Source of the DNA: the human T2T-CHM13v2.0 reference genome, Homo sapiens
NCBI RefSeq assembly: GCF_009914755.1
Contig: NC_060932.1
Reading direction: 5' to 3' (one strand)
DNA: 64,000 nt
Position numbers and translations under genes: made by a program. The notes beneath the pieces are model-generated. The model searched no databases and was not told the origin of the DNA. It saw nothing but the letters and a program-made list of their open reading frames with translations. The first letter of the stretch is position 1. Every line of letters begins with the position of its first letter. Positions 44,706 through 62,721 of the stretch are shown in pieces.

Positions 44706-45050
44706 GGTCAGGTGCAGCGGCTTATGCCAGTAATTCCAACACTTTGGGAGGCCGAGGCAGGAGGGTCACATTAGCCCAGGAGTTTGAGACCAGCCTGGGC
44801 TATGTGACGATACTTCATCTCTACAAAAAAAAAAAAAAGAAAAAAAGAAAAAGAAAAGAAAAATTAGCTGGGCATGGTGGCACGCACCTGTAGTGCCAGT
44901 TACTCGGGAGGCTGAGAGATAGGAGGATGGGTTGAGCCTGAGAGGTCGAGGCTACAGTGAGCTGAAATTGTGCCACTGCACTCCAGTCTGGGCAACAGAG
45001 TGAGACCTTGTCTTAACCAAAAGAAAGAAAGAGACAGAGAAAGAGAGAAA
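44706..45050 (+). mobile_element. Alu (AluJ-type) with expanded middle A tract
   Basis: agcccaggagtttgagaccagcctggg and gaggtcgaggctacagtgag. Confidence 0.92.
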
Positions 45051-45332
45051 GACTTTGACACCAGTGCAATATCAGTATTCTTAGATGTCAAGGCCACTCT
45101 GCTACTGAGTAATTATGTGACTTTGGAGAAATACTACCTTTGTAATGTTCAGTATCCACATTTGTTGAGGGAAGAGAGGTGGGAGGGAGAGAGACAGGGA
45201 GAGAGGGGAGAGGAAAAAGCAGGGAGGGGGGAAGAAGAAGAAAATATAATTAAGTCTCTTCCAGATCTATGTATATAATTTTTAATTAGTTTAAAGGAAC
45301 ATCTACCTGACAAAGGTCATGCAGGATTGTGA

Positions 45333-45336
45333 ACAC

Positions 45337-45367
<31 letters not shown>
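45333..45367. repeat. (CA)n microsatellite, interrupted
   Basis: CA units with TA interruptions. Confidence 0.9.
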
Positions 45368-47773
45368 GGTTAATCAGTGAAAGTGTTTGTTAATTGAACA
45401 AGACATACTCTCCTTTAAGAATTATTTGAAGTGTACTGTTCTTTTCTTTAACCGATGCAGTAAGTTACTGCTTATCTTCATCTGAATTCAATCTACAGAA
45501 TGCAGAGATTTGGTACATTGTCAATTATTTCCTATTAAATAAAAGAACCACCTGATTATCACTGTCCACACTAGCTCACTGAAACAATAACAAAGACATT
45601 GAAAAGGGCTGTCCCATGATAAATAGTGGCCTATCAGGTTGTTCCACTGTACCACCACCTTCCTAGATAATTCATATTTAGTATCTTGTGATCAAGAGAT
45701 TCATTTATCTTTACATGACTTTAAATGCTAAAAGTAGTTAATAAATAGGAATGCCTTCATTAAATGTAAAAATAGTTTCAATTTACAGTTTTTCTCTTCC
45801 ACAAATTTATAGTGATCTGTGGAACAAAACTGAAAAGCATTCCAGGAAACTTACAGTTCAGTAACAACAAACATAGGATGTCATCAGCCACACACACACT
45901 CTAGTATTATCTCCGCTACATACTAATTGACTTTCATTGAACTATTTAACTTCTCTACGCCTCAGTTCACTTGCCTCTGGTAGTCATGTATCTACTGAAT
46001 AACTCATTGAAAGGACTTAGCCCCCAAAGTGCTAAATAAGTGTTTATAAGTAGTAAGCCACGACATAGTATCTGGCACAAAAGAGCAACTAATATAGTGA
46101 GCCCTTGCTCCTACTCTTAGGGACCCCATGCCACCTGGGACATTTTAATCATTCAATTAATATGTACTGAGAACTTATGAGATGCCAAGGCCTTGACTGG
46201 CTGGCCTCAACTAAACTGTGGCCCTGGTGAGGTCACATTTTTTATATAATCTCCCAAAACTAAAATCAATTGACAATTGTGAGATTTTCTAGATATACGG
46301 TTTTATCCCAGTCATAGGTACATCCAAATATAGCCAGCTGTCTTGCAAAGATGGGTTTTCTTCAGGAGAAAGCATAAAAGAACTGAGAGATTTGGCATGT
46401 AATAGTATCCAGCTGTCTTCTAATAAGTGGATAGTAGGGTGTCCACCCCATCAAGTGACGGCCAGGGTATTAACCAGCTGGTAGCCACTCCTGCATAGTG
46501 ATGTAAAGCCACTTCAGGGCAATGAGCTTTCTCCAGCTGGCAGGAGCCTGTTAACCCATGAAGTGCCTTCTGCAGACTGGGCTGTAGGAAAGGTCCCTTT
46601 TCAATTTGGAAAAGAAACCAGCACAAAAGAATGCTGAAAGTGTACCACTTCAAAGTGAAGACCTACCTGCCTCACCCTCTGCCAAAGGGGAAAAAATCCT
46701 AACCCTATCCAATGATGTATTTCTTTTTTATGATGGGCAGTTGAACTGGACCAAATGATGCATTTTTACTTTGTTTTCTCCAAGAGAAGCTGCATGGTTT
46801 AATTAAAGAAACATGGGCATTAGAGTTAGAGAGAATCCTAGATCCTGTTCTTAGCTCTCCATACTGTGTGTCCTTTGGGTAGGTTTGTAAACCTCTCTGA
46901 GCTTGTCAGAGTGCAAATGTGCAATGTAAATGTTTACAAATACTATAGAGTAGAATGTAATGTTTAACTATATCATAGGATTCTTAGGAGAGTATTAGAA
47001 TGGCCATTTCTATCTGCAGTTTGAGGAGACAGGCTGGTCTGGAATGTCAAAAGGCAGTAACTTCTGGAAGCATTCACAGAACCACAGAATGTTAGAGCAA
47101 TGATCTCACAGTCTCTGCTAATTTTTAGACATGAGGACACTGGGGCTCAGATTATGTAGTTCACTCATTGTTAAAGAGTAATTTAAGGCACCTGTCCAAC
47201 CTCTAACCTGGAAGCCAGTTGTGGACTGAGCAAGAAGGGAGTCTGGCTGCACAGTCCACCATGATCCCTGTTCTCCTGTCTACAAACACTCCCCTCCTCT
47301 TCCTTTCTTTTAAACTATTGCACAAAATAAAGCTTTAAAATGATTCTATTCATGTAGAAGCTATAGTTCAATCAGAACTTTATCAACAAAAATCAATAGA
47401 ATAAATTAGTTCTAAGATACAAGACACAATTACAAATTAAAATGCATGTGCCAGAACACATAAAGTAGTGAAAATCTTAGAGAAGGAAGAAACATGGTAT
47501 GAGAAAGTGTGGGAGGCAGAGAAAAAAGTTAGGGAAGGGGAGAGACAAGTATAGTGAAAGGCTGTCCCAAAAGCCAGCATATTCTAACACATTCTATCAT
47601 GATCAGCTCATGATCAGTACAGCCCATAAACAGGTATGTGTGAATGAGAGAAGTGGGGAGAAATATACATTTCCTCATAATATCCTCATATGCTTAGAAG
47701 GTACTGAAACTCGTCTTCCATTAAATATGAAGTCTTCTATTCCATAACTAGTGACATAATTATTACACGGTAG

Positions 47774-47948
47774 CAGTGATTCTTAAAGTGTAGTCTTTGA
47801 GCCAGTCGGGTCAGCCACACCTGTGAACTTGTTAAAAATGCAAATTCTCGGGCTCCATCTCAGATCTACTGAATCAGAAACTCTGGCGGTGCAATCTTGC
47901 AATCTGTGTTTTAACAGGTGGTTCTGATGCACACTTTGAGAACCACTT
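47774..47948. mobile_element. MER5A (hAT-Charlie MITE)
   Basis: cagtgattcttaaagtgtagtc...gaacttgttaaaaatgcaaattctcggg...ctactgaatcagaaactctg...tttgagaaccact. Confidence 0.88.
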
Positions 47949-48633
47949 CATTCTAATATGAAGAGGTTTCAAAGCAGTATGTGTCAACAATGAACAACTC
48001 CCATCTTTGGGAATGATGGAGATGGGATAATGATTAAAATACACAGTCAGTAGAAGAGAAAGGGTCATGACCAATAAAAAACATAGCTAAAGTTTGGGGG
48101 AGTGGGTCTGAGAGAGACAGACACCTACGTAAAAAAACTATACAAATTTGTGTGGGGTGGTCCTGTTTGCCATTCACTGTAGAGGAAAATAATTTTCCCA
48201 ATATATGGCCCTCTGTTTGAAGGACTACTGGAGGTATCACATATCTTTGCCACAGGTAGATGATGTAGCAGTTTCACTCCCACCAGATTCAGGTTTAACC
48301 ATATATTAGCATCCTGGTAAGCATTTAAGCATAATAAATATTCCTGGTAACATCTGTACCTGTGATCAGTATTTTTGATCAGTATTAATAGGATCGTCAG
48401 ATGTGACAGGAGAGCAAGGAGATACTAGATCCTAACTGGCTTTTATCTAAAACAGACTCAGGTATCCGACTCTCCAATGCACATCTCTACGCAACTGTGT
48501 CATCTCAAGTCAACATTTCTAAACCTGAACTCCTTTTGCTATCTATCAATCAAAACCAAAATCAATAATAATATCCAATAATCCCAATAAATCAATAATA
48601 ATATCCAATAAACCAGTATTTATACAATTCTTA

Positions 48634-50188
<1,555 letters not shown>

Positions 50189-50199
50189 GGCAGAAATCT

Positions 50200-50795
50200 G
50201 TGAGTCATTGAGGTCTCTTCCCTCTCTTACCCTTGTGTCCAATGAACCACCTTCTGCTGGTTCTATCTTCTAATCTCTTGAATCTGTCTCTTCCTCCCCA
50301 CCTCAAGTACCACTGCCTTAGCTGAAGTCCCGGTTTCTGGCCTGGGATTACAGCAACAGCTTCCTAATTGGTCTCTGTGCCTCCTCTCTGGCTCTCTGCT
50401 CAACCTATTTCCCCTGGTGACATCAGATGACATTCTACAACAAGAGCATTATATGTCTTCCCAGCTTATGAATCCTCCATCCTCAGCTTCCAAGATTTCA
50501 TTTCTCACATTTTGCATTCCAATGCTCAAGTGACTCTCTGCTATGAGTACCCTTTACCCTCTTACTCTTACTCACCCTACTCCTCTTTCAAGATAGTTTT
50601 ATAACACACTCTTCGGAAAATCTGAAGACTCACCCATCTCCAAGGGCAAGTCAGCTGATGCCCCATGGGTTCCCTGAGCAGCCAGTGTGTCACCCTCACA
50701 GTTCTTAGCACATTCAATTCCATTCCATTTTTTTTTTAATAAAAACACACATTGGCCCTGCCTAGTATATCAGCAGTAAATGTTTGCTAAATGTG
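50200..50795 (+). mobile_element. L2 fragment, continuing the piece at about 48470-48545
   Basis: Pyrimidine-rich L2 motifs (cctgggattacagcaacagcttcctaattggtctc; agtaaatgtttgctaaatg 3' end). Confidence 0.6.
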
Positions 50796-51737
50796 TAAGC
50801 TGTATTAAGCAGGCTAAGCCATCCCCTAAATTACAGTCTTCCCCTCTCTTTCCTTATCAGATAAATACCTACTAATACTGTTGGGAAAACCATGCAAGTG
50901 GCTGTTTTCACCAGGCTTTCTTAATTCCAGCACTGCCTGTATTCCAAAATTAAAGAATATTATAGGCTTCTAAAATGTAGCCCTTATTCATGTGCTGGTT
51001 TGATAAAGATTAAACCTAAAGTAAAATAACTCTAATACATGATTTAGAGCATTTCTGGTTTAAGTGTAATCAGAATACAGTCCCTGAATTTGAATCCTAT
51101 TACCTTTAGTTGGTCAACATCAATCACTTATCTCCAGGTCTTCTATCAGGTCTTGTCACTGGTCCTTTCACCCCTCATGCTCATGCATTTCCTCTAAACC
51201 TAGAATGCCCCTAACTCTTAACAGCCTCGCCACCCAGGTTAGATGGTGAAGGAAGGGAAGGATACACCTGAGCCCTGCAATTTTTCATGACTGTTCTAAC
51301 CTAACCACTAACTTGTCCCTTCTGTGATCCCTTCTATAACTGTGCAAAATACTAACCCCATTGGCCCACTGGGGTTCAGCACCACTTTATGTAATGATGC
51401 TATCTAATACTGTTGTCTAATTCTGTATCAGTTTCATATGCAACCTGATGGTCTCCAACCTAATGGTCTAAGTATCCTCCAAACGAAGACATTTGTTATT
51501 TTTAATTTTATTTCTCAGTAATCCCAAACACACTGGGGTTACATCAATATATTTGGAAGTCTGTATCTTTATAGATCTTCAAACACATTATATAGAATTT
51601 ATGGTACTTAGAATAATTATATGTGTGTCCACAGTTGTCCAGATTTGGACATTTCAAACATATTTATGTTAATTTTAAATACCTAGACTTTTTTTTTCCC
51701 CAAATGCATCATTAAATTACATTATTCAAGAATGACA

Positions 51738-52045
<308 letters not shown>

Positions 52046-52223
52046 AAAACAGGTGTTTCTAAAGGCATTCAAACTTGATGACATGTAGTAATTCTTTAAA
52101 AACACCTAAATAGTGATCTTGGAGTTCACAAATTAAAAGATGATATTTAACTTTGGATTTTCTTATATGTTAAAAATTACTAGTTTTTAAAACCTGTGTC
52201 ATTTCATTTGAAAAGCAAAATGT

Positions 52224-52555
52224 AGCAGCTCACACCCATAATCTCAACTACTTGCGAGGCTGAAGTGGGAGGATTGTTTCAGGCCAGGAGTTAGAAACCA
52301 GCCAACATGGCAAGACTTCATCTCTAAAAATATTTAAATAAATAAATAACAGCCAGGCATCTCTAATAATACATTTTTTAAAAAATTAGCTGGCTATAGT
52401 GGCACACGACTGTAGTCCCAGCTACTGGGGAGGCTGTAGTGGGAGGATCCCTTCAGCACAGAAGGGATTGAGGCTTCATTGAGCTATGACTGTGCAACAA
52501 CAACAACAACAAAAAAAAAAAAAAAAAAAAAAGGAAGGAAAGAAAGAAGAAAAAA
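52224..52555 (+). mobile_element. Degenerate AluJ
   Basis: Diverged Alu arms; flanking direct repeat caaaatgtag. Confidence 0.75.
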
Positions 52556-53473
52556 AAGGAAACAAAATGTAGTGTTCTCCTAGCCTAAATACATATTTCA
52601 CAAAATGTCAAAACAAGGGTAGAATCATAAAATGTAGCAGAAATAGTTAAAATGTAGCAAATTCATGGATCTAAAATTATAAAATATCTCATTTCTGTAT
52701 TTGTTTACAGATGATTTTCCAAAGTACTATTTCTGGCAAAGTATATTGTTTTCTTATACATAAATTTGGAGGTTAAAAAAGTTTACTCCTCCTTTTTCCT
52801 TAATTTCAGCATATTTCTGATACCTTCCTGGTACATGACAAAAAAGAATCCTTAACCTTGATTGACATGAGGTAGATACTTCATAAATTGCTGAATAAAT
52901 GTTTGTCCAAGGCTAATTTTCCCACCTATGTTTTGGACTCTATCCTCTTCTGTCCCTTCAGTGATCTTGTTTCTTCATTATTTTTTGTCTTTCCTCCTCA
53001 GCTGGCTCTTTCCTAGTTATGTCTCCTGTCACTCACAGACACACACACCCCAACTTCCCCATCTGTGTGAGCCTTCCAGTTATCAGATTCTCTTTTTAAA
53101 TACACTTAGAGGAAGAAGAGAATGAGTGTATATAATCACTGGCTGCTTTCCTATGACTCCATGTACTCCCCAAAACCATAGCAATCAGAATAGCGACCCA
53201 ACAAAAACAATGAAATGGCTCATATGAAGGTCAACAACTCTATTGTTTAAACAGTGCAACGCTGACATTGACCACTTACTTCTCCGCAAGCCTTCCCATT
53301 CTGCTTCTGGGACATCATCCTCTCTGCTTTCCTAGTGACTTAGTCACAGCCTCCTCCACTGGCTTTTCCTTGCTTTCTGTTAAATGTCAATATTAATATA
53401 CTATATTTTTTAGGTATTGTATTGTTTGGACATTTGAGTTGTTTCCAACTTGTAATTAGTATAAATAGTGTTG

Positions 53474-55271
<1,798 letters not shown>

Positions 55272-57053
55272 AAATAGTGTTGCCATGAATAATGTTTTAT
55301 ATGTGTTTTGTTTACAAGTCAGGATGGTAGTTATGCCAAAGGAGAAGACAGTAGTGAATGGGAAGTTAGTGAGTGGGTAGTACTAACATTCTTTCTTGAC
55401 ATCAGTGGGAGTTAAATGTATCTACTTTGTAATAGTTCATTAAACACTCCATTTATTATTTGTGAATTTAGAATTCTGCATGATACTTCAAAAAGTTTAT
55501 TTTTTAATTACTAAAAACATGACAGTTGTGCAAATAGAAAAAAGGGGAGCAGTGACTCTGGTAAACATCCTATAATGCCAATATTCAAGTGACAAATATG
55601 TGTTCAGCTTCATTTGTGTCAAAGAAAAAGCATATTAAGACAAAAATGAAGTTTTATACTTGTTATTAATAGCCAGAGAGATGCAAGTGAAAATGACCAC
55701 TGTTAGTGAAGATGTAAACTGATAAAACTTTTCTAGAAATCCATTTGGCAATATATATCTTTAAAACATGTATTATGTTTAAACATTTATCTTATAAAAA
55801 TAAACCATGCAAGTGTGTAAAAATATGTGTATGAGAGAGCAAGAATTTATATATAAGGATATTTTTCATAGAACTGCTTATAATCATGAAAAACTAAAAG
55901 TGAATTTCAATAGGCAATTAACTATAGTATAACCATTCAGTAGAATATTTGCAACCGTATTTAATGGCATGAAAATATGTTCATAATTCATTAAACAAGT
56001 TACAAAACACAATGACACATTTGTAAGGTGAGGATAACGACAAATACTCATAGAAACAAAAATGTCAAGAACAGAAGACAAAATGGTTTTTGTTATCTTT
56101 TAACTGTTGTTATCTTTGAGAGAAGTGTTTGCTTTTGCTTTTTTTAGGCCTGTGTACTTTTCTAAGTTTTCTACAAGGACTATTTAGAACAATTTAAAGA
56201 ATAAAGTTTTATGTAAATGATTTCATTAATGAATGAGAAAAAATATGAGTGAATTAACATCTAACATAGTATCAGGGACAATGGCAGCTTCTAGTGTCTG
56301 TTAGTACATGTATCACAGAATTACTCAGATAGTTGTTGGATTGGTTTCCATAAGTATGGTTGAACTGCATAAGCTTCATACTGTCTGCACCAAGAAGCCA
56401 ACCTCAGACAACTTTTCAGAGAGCAAATCTTCCTTCAAAAGAAGGATATTGCTTTACATTGGAAATCATACTCTAGTGATTAGGAAACAGATGAGCAAGT
56501 TTCAAGTTTCACTTACAAGATTTTTTAGGCTACTATTGCTAAAAGTATAATTTTCTTCTCTACTATTGAGCGATAATCTTTTAAGGAAGAGAAAAGTGGA
56601 TATCATTTCAAATTCTAAGTCTGTGACAGCTTTTCCAATTTAAATCTTTCTCATCCCCTGAATAAAATACAAATATCAATGCAATATATGCAAACTAGTC
56701 ATGAAAAAGAGCAAATAATTGGCATGAAAGAAACATGATTATCCAAAGTCGTATACTGTTAAGAAATAATTTTCCATTTTTCACTTTGCTCTAATGGGGT
56801 CTTGTTAATAGCACTTCCTGCTTGTACCAGGTAATGATTTTCTCTAGGTCAGTAAACTCCAACATTGATTGTATTCACTTACAAGAAGTCTATCCATAGC
56901 AAACCCTTTCTCATATGCAGATTTTCTTTCTAAGGCTGATTTACAGTCACTGCTCTCCTTTCCATTTCTGAGAAAACTAAGCCAAAATGTGCTATTAACT
57001 CCTGCCTGAGAGTATCTAAGGAAGACTCCATTGATATACTACAAAGTATTGCT

Positions 57054-57184
57054 CAGGTGACCATTCATACCAGTTTGCATAGGATGGTCCTGGTTTACAT
57101 CCAATATCCCTGCATAGTTGTTAATGGCAGCCCCTCTCATTTCCCAGTGTCCCACATTGAGTAATACATTATACGGCCACCCTA
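57054..57184. mobile_element. MER94-like hAT-Blackjack MITE
   Basis: Terminal inverted repeats ggtgacca...ggccacccta; internal gtttgcataggatggtcctggttta. Confidence 0.6.
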
Positions 57185-57979
57185 TTGTCCATATAAGTAC
57201 ATACAATGCTAGCCCTAGAACTTGGAATAAATGTTTCTATCCATCTACACTCTTGCCTTGTCTTCCTTGTGCGCTAATAGTCTGGAATGAAACACATAAA
57301 ACTGTGGACTCAAACCACCACCCCCGCCATAGGTAGTCTAAAGAAATCTGAACAGGAATCCTTTCCAAGGTGGAACATATCTTCCTCTGGAAGTTTATAA
57401 ACTATGAGAAATAAATTATCAAGTAGCCTAAATCATATGCCTTAAGAACAAAATTCATATTTGCAAACATATTTGCAAGCCAGTCTACAACTGGTGGGGA
57501 GTTGTTTCCTTTAAATATTAATCCAAACAATTCCATGAAATGAAGGTAGATCCAAGTTTCCTCTAAGCCTAAATATTTCTAACTCTGCTAACGACGTAAC
57601 ATCATCCAGTACTTTAGCTAGAAGACCTTAGGATCAAGTTTGATTCTTTCTCTTAGCTCTGTCCAGTTAGTTACCAGGCCCCACTGGTTCTATTTTTAAA
57701 GCCTCCGCAATTTATTACCCACAAAAAAAATCATCAGAACAAGTTTTCTAATCTGCAATCATTATAATAGCCTTCCTTTACTTTTTGTTCCTCTCCAATT
57801 CATCTCCCTCACTTCTGCTAGAATTATCTTAAAGCAATCTCTTTAGTTCACTGCCTACTCAGTACCCTTAGATAATACCAAGACTTCTTAGCCTGGCAGG
57901 AAACACCTTTATCAGTTGCACTGCAGCCTCCCTTTCCTTCCTCAATTCCAACCACACCTCCCACTAGGCACATGCTCTT

Positions 57980-58190
57980 CAATGGTTTTCATCCAGCTAC
58001 TGTACTGCTCTTCCACGAAGTGTTTAAAAATGTTTGGGGACATGTTTGCTTATAACAGTAGTGAAGACACAAAGGACATTTAATGGGCAGGGACCAAGGA
58101 CACTAAATGTCCAGCAATGTAGGACAGGTCCCATGAAACAGAGAACTGCATTGCCAAAATGCCAAATAACACTCCAGGTGAGAGTTCTTG
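57980..58190. mobile_element. MER20-like hAT MITE
   Basis: caatggttttca...ggacatttaatgggcagggaccaaggacactaaatgtccagcaatgtaggacag...ccaaaatgcc. Confidence 0.55.
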
Positions 58191-59136
58191 TTCCCCAAAT
58201 ACATTATTTTTACATATATGTGGTTCCTTCTTTCTAGAATTTATTTAACCAGCCCCCACTAGTTCTGCCACCTTCCAAAATAATATTGTCCTTGGTTGAT
58301 GTAATTCAAACTCTTCTCATCTAAAGACTGTCTTGCCTGAATAGACACATACACAGTGTGTTAATGGGAGATCATTAAATCACTCTCATAAATATGAGAT
58401 TTAATTATCTCATATATATATGAGTGATTTAATGATTACTGACACAGCCCTTAATATATTAAATTATGAATAACCTGCTTACCTTTTGTCATTTTATTCT
58501 GTGGTCCCCTTTTTCTTATCCTTTCTATCCCCTAAAATTTGAGTTCCTTAAAGAAAGGGATGTTCCTTTGGTATCTATTTTTTTAAACCACAATTTCTAT
58601 GGCTGACCTAGAAGACGAGACTCATTCTGTAAGTGATTTTTGGATTAAAAGATGAAAAATTGCACCCTCATTACTATGTACAAAATGCCATTCCTTAAAC
58701 GTTTTTAAATAGTTGTTAAACTTATAATTCAGATTACTTTAAAATAACCTAAACATTTTAGTTATATTAGTAATGGTACTTAAAAAAAAACACCTTTACC
58801 ATATATTTAATTGCAGGTTAGACTAATGAAGGATTACCAACTCAGATAAAAAGAGAAAAAGAAGCTATAGAAATTGGTAAACCAGAGAGATTGTTCTCAG
58901 CATAAAGTACTTAAATTCCTTTGTGGTTTTTTTTTTTTTATAAGCACTGAGTAGGTACTCGTTACAAAAATCTGTCAAACAAGATTGTACTTGAGATCGT
59001 TGTGATTAAAAAACTACTTACATAATCTAAAATAAAGTGTGTATGTGGAATTGTGTCTTACAGCTCTATACAAAATATAAAGTAAAAGTGCTCTTATCCT
59101 ACCACACTCATTTTTTCCAAGTTTGAGCTTAGACTC

Positions 59137-59431
<295 letters not shown>

Positions 59432-59555
59432 TAAACTATTTCTATCACCTATTACAAACACATTTTTTTTAAAAAAATCATTCAAAATCTTCAACTTAGC
59501 TCCTCTCCTAAGTTGCATATCCAGCAATACAGGATAGACAAAACCAAATGCTCAC

Positions 59556-59744
59556 TTGCACATCTGTTCATATCTGGGGCTCGGTGTCCATAGTACCCGG
59601 ATGGGCAGGAATGCAGGCACTCTCCATACTGGCGCATCCCTTCTCTTCGAAGGAAGAAGAACAACTTCTGTTGACATCGGCTACACCCATTGTCCTTTGA
59701 ACAAGACAAACAACCCTTGCAAATGGGATTTGATACATAACTAG
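59556..59744 (-). CDS. RSPO2: R-spondin 2 coding exon for furin-like domain 1 (FU1; exon 3 in usual numbering), phase 1-1
   Basis: Minus strand: pyrimidine tract plus TTACAG|CTAGT acceptor and GCAA|GTGAG donor, 189 nt. Translates (A)SYVSNPICKGCLSCSKDNGCSRCQQKLFFFLRREGMRQYGECLHSCPSGYYGHRAPDMNRCA, recognised as RSPO2 FU1 with the ZNRF3/RNF43-contacting RREGMRQ hairpin. Confidence 0.98.
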
Positions 59745-61448
59745 CTGTAAAAGAAAAACAAAAATTGTGTTTAATTATCAGTATAATCAGATTTTTGGTA
59801 AATACACCTGCTGAAAAGACAAATGTTTCTTTTCTTTCTGCTATACTCACATAGAAATACTAAATAAAATATCCCTCCCCTTCTTCCCTCTACCTCCGCC
59901 ACCCAAAAAGTTGTTAATACACAACCAAACTTAGAAACAAAGAGGAAACTCAGAGGCAGAGTTGAGGCCAGAAGCTAAAGCTGAATGGCTCATGGGGATG
60001 TCAGACCAGACAGAGGTAGAACTTAGGGCAAGGTCCTCAACCCAGGCCAAGAAATATTTATGTGAAGATCTAGCACTTAGCTCCCTTTATGTAGATGGAG
60101 TAAATGGGGCTGTTTGTCCATGACCCCCTGCCCTAACTGGCTAGAGCAGGGGATTCTGACCCTAGCTTGGGAGCACACAGCAGGTAAGCACAAGAGAAAA
60201 TATAATTCATGAGACATCAGAACACCAAGTCCACAAGGCTGGGATCCAAATCAAAATTATCATTGTAGCATGGGGGCTATATGATGTTGACAAGTTAAAA
60301 TAAGAATTTGTCCAGATCCAGGAAAACCCAGAAAGAAAAAATAAATAAATATAGAATTACTCTCTAGATATTTTCTACAATCCTGAGACCTAGACTTTCA
60401 TGAAATGCTACCTTAACATCAAGATGAACAAATCATATGAGCAAGTAAACCTTCATGAGGAACAGTCAACAATATCAGTAACAAGAAAACTTCACACCTA
60501 AAAAACCAGAAATAAGGACATTCTAAAGGAGTCTTTAAAATGAATATCTACAGAATATCTGAAGAGATAAAGGGATAACTAGAAATCACATGGGAAAAAG
60601 CAAGAATGTGCACATTACAATGAAATGAAAATTCTAAAACTTAACAAAAAATTCTATGGACAAATTGAATGGTAGAAGAGAATGACATAACCAAAAACAC
60701 TTTTAAATAACTGTAGCACAAAACAAGATAAAAAGGTACTAAGCATGTAAGAAAAAAACAGAAACGTTCCAATACATGATTAGTAGTTACTACAGAAGGA
60801 AAGAGTAAAGAGAATGAATAAAACACACCTTAAAATGAGACGCAACTTCAGCAAAGTCTCAGGATACAAAATCAACATGCAAAACTCACTAGCACTCCTA
60901 CACACCAACAGCAGTCAAGCCAAGAGTCAAATCACAAACAAACTCTCATTCACAATTGCTGCAAAAATAATAAAATACCTAGGAATACAGGTAACTAAGG
61001 AGATGAAAGATCTCTATAAGGAGAACAACAAAACACTACCCAAGAAATCAGAGATAACACAAACAAATGGAAAAACCTTCCATGCTCATGGATAGAAGAA
61101 TCAATATTATTAAAATAGCCATACTGCCCAAAGCAATTTATCGATTCAATGCTATTTCCATTAAACTACCATTGACATTTTTCACAGAACTGGAAAAAAC
61201 TATGTTAAAATTCACATGGAACCAAAAAAAAGCCCAAATAGCCAAGGCAATAATAAGCAAAAATAACAAAGCTGGAGGCATCATGCTACCTGACTTCAAA
61301 CTATACTACAGAGCTACAGTAGCCAAAACAGCATGGTACTGATACAAGAACAGACAGGCTAATGGAACAGAATAGAGTATCCAGAAATAAGACCACACAT
61401 CTACAACTGTCTGATCTTTGACAAACCTGACCAAAACAAGCAATGAGG

Positions 61449-61796
<348 letters not shown>

Positions 61797-62674
61797 ATGG
61801 GGAAAAGATTCACTATTCAATAAATGATGCTGGGATAACTGGCTAGCTATATGCAAAAGATTGAAACTGGACCCCTTCCTTATGCTATATATAAAAATTA
61901 ACTCAAGATGCATCAAAGACTTAAAGGTAAAACCCAGAACTATAAAAACCCTGGAAGAAAACCTAGGTAATACCATTTAGGACATAGGCACAGGCAAAGA
62001 TTTCATGATAAAGATGCCAAAAGCAATTGCAACAAAAGCAAAAATTGATAAGTGGGATCTAATTAAAGAGCTTCTGTACAGCAAAAGAAAATATCATCAG
62101 ACTGAACAGGCAACCTACAGAATGGGAGAAAATATTTGCAAACTATGCATCTGACAAAGGTCTAATATTTAGCATCTATAAAGATCTTAAATTCACAAGG
62201 AAAAAAATCATTAACAAGCAGGCAAAGGACATGAACAGACACTTCTCAAAGGAAGACACACACGTGGCCAACAATCATATGAAAAAACTCAACATCACTG
62301 AATATTAAAGAAATGCAAATAAGAAATCACAATGAGATACCATCTCCCACCAGTCAGAATAGCTATTATTAAAAAGTCAAAAAATAACAGATGCTGAGAG
62401 GTTGTGGAGAAAAAGAAACGCTTATATACTGTTTGTGATAGTGTACATTAGTTCAACCATTATGGAAGACAGTGTGGCAATTCCACAAAAACCTAAAGAT
62501 GGAAAAACCATTCAACCCAGTAATCCCATTACGGGGTATATACCCAGAGGAATATAAATCCTTCTATTATAAAGACACATACACACATATGTTCATTGCA
62601 GCACTATTCTCAATAGCAAAGACATGGAATCAACTTAGGTACCCATCAACAACTGACTGGATAAAGAAAATGTG

Positions 62675-62676
<2 letters not shown>

Positions 62677-62721
<45 letters not shown>
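62677..62721. repeat. (CA)n microsatellite inside L1 ORF2
   Basis: About 22 perfect CA units. Confidence 0.95.

Noticed and set aside
59491-59850. 119-aa minus-strand ORF as a standalone protein
   Set aside because: Only 59556-59744 is exon; both ends are intron read-through past clear splice sites.
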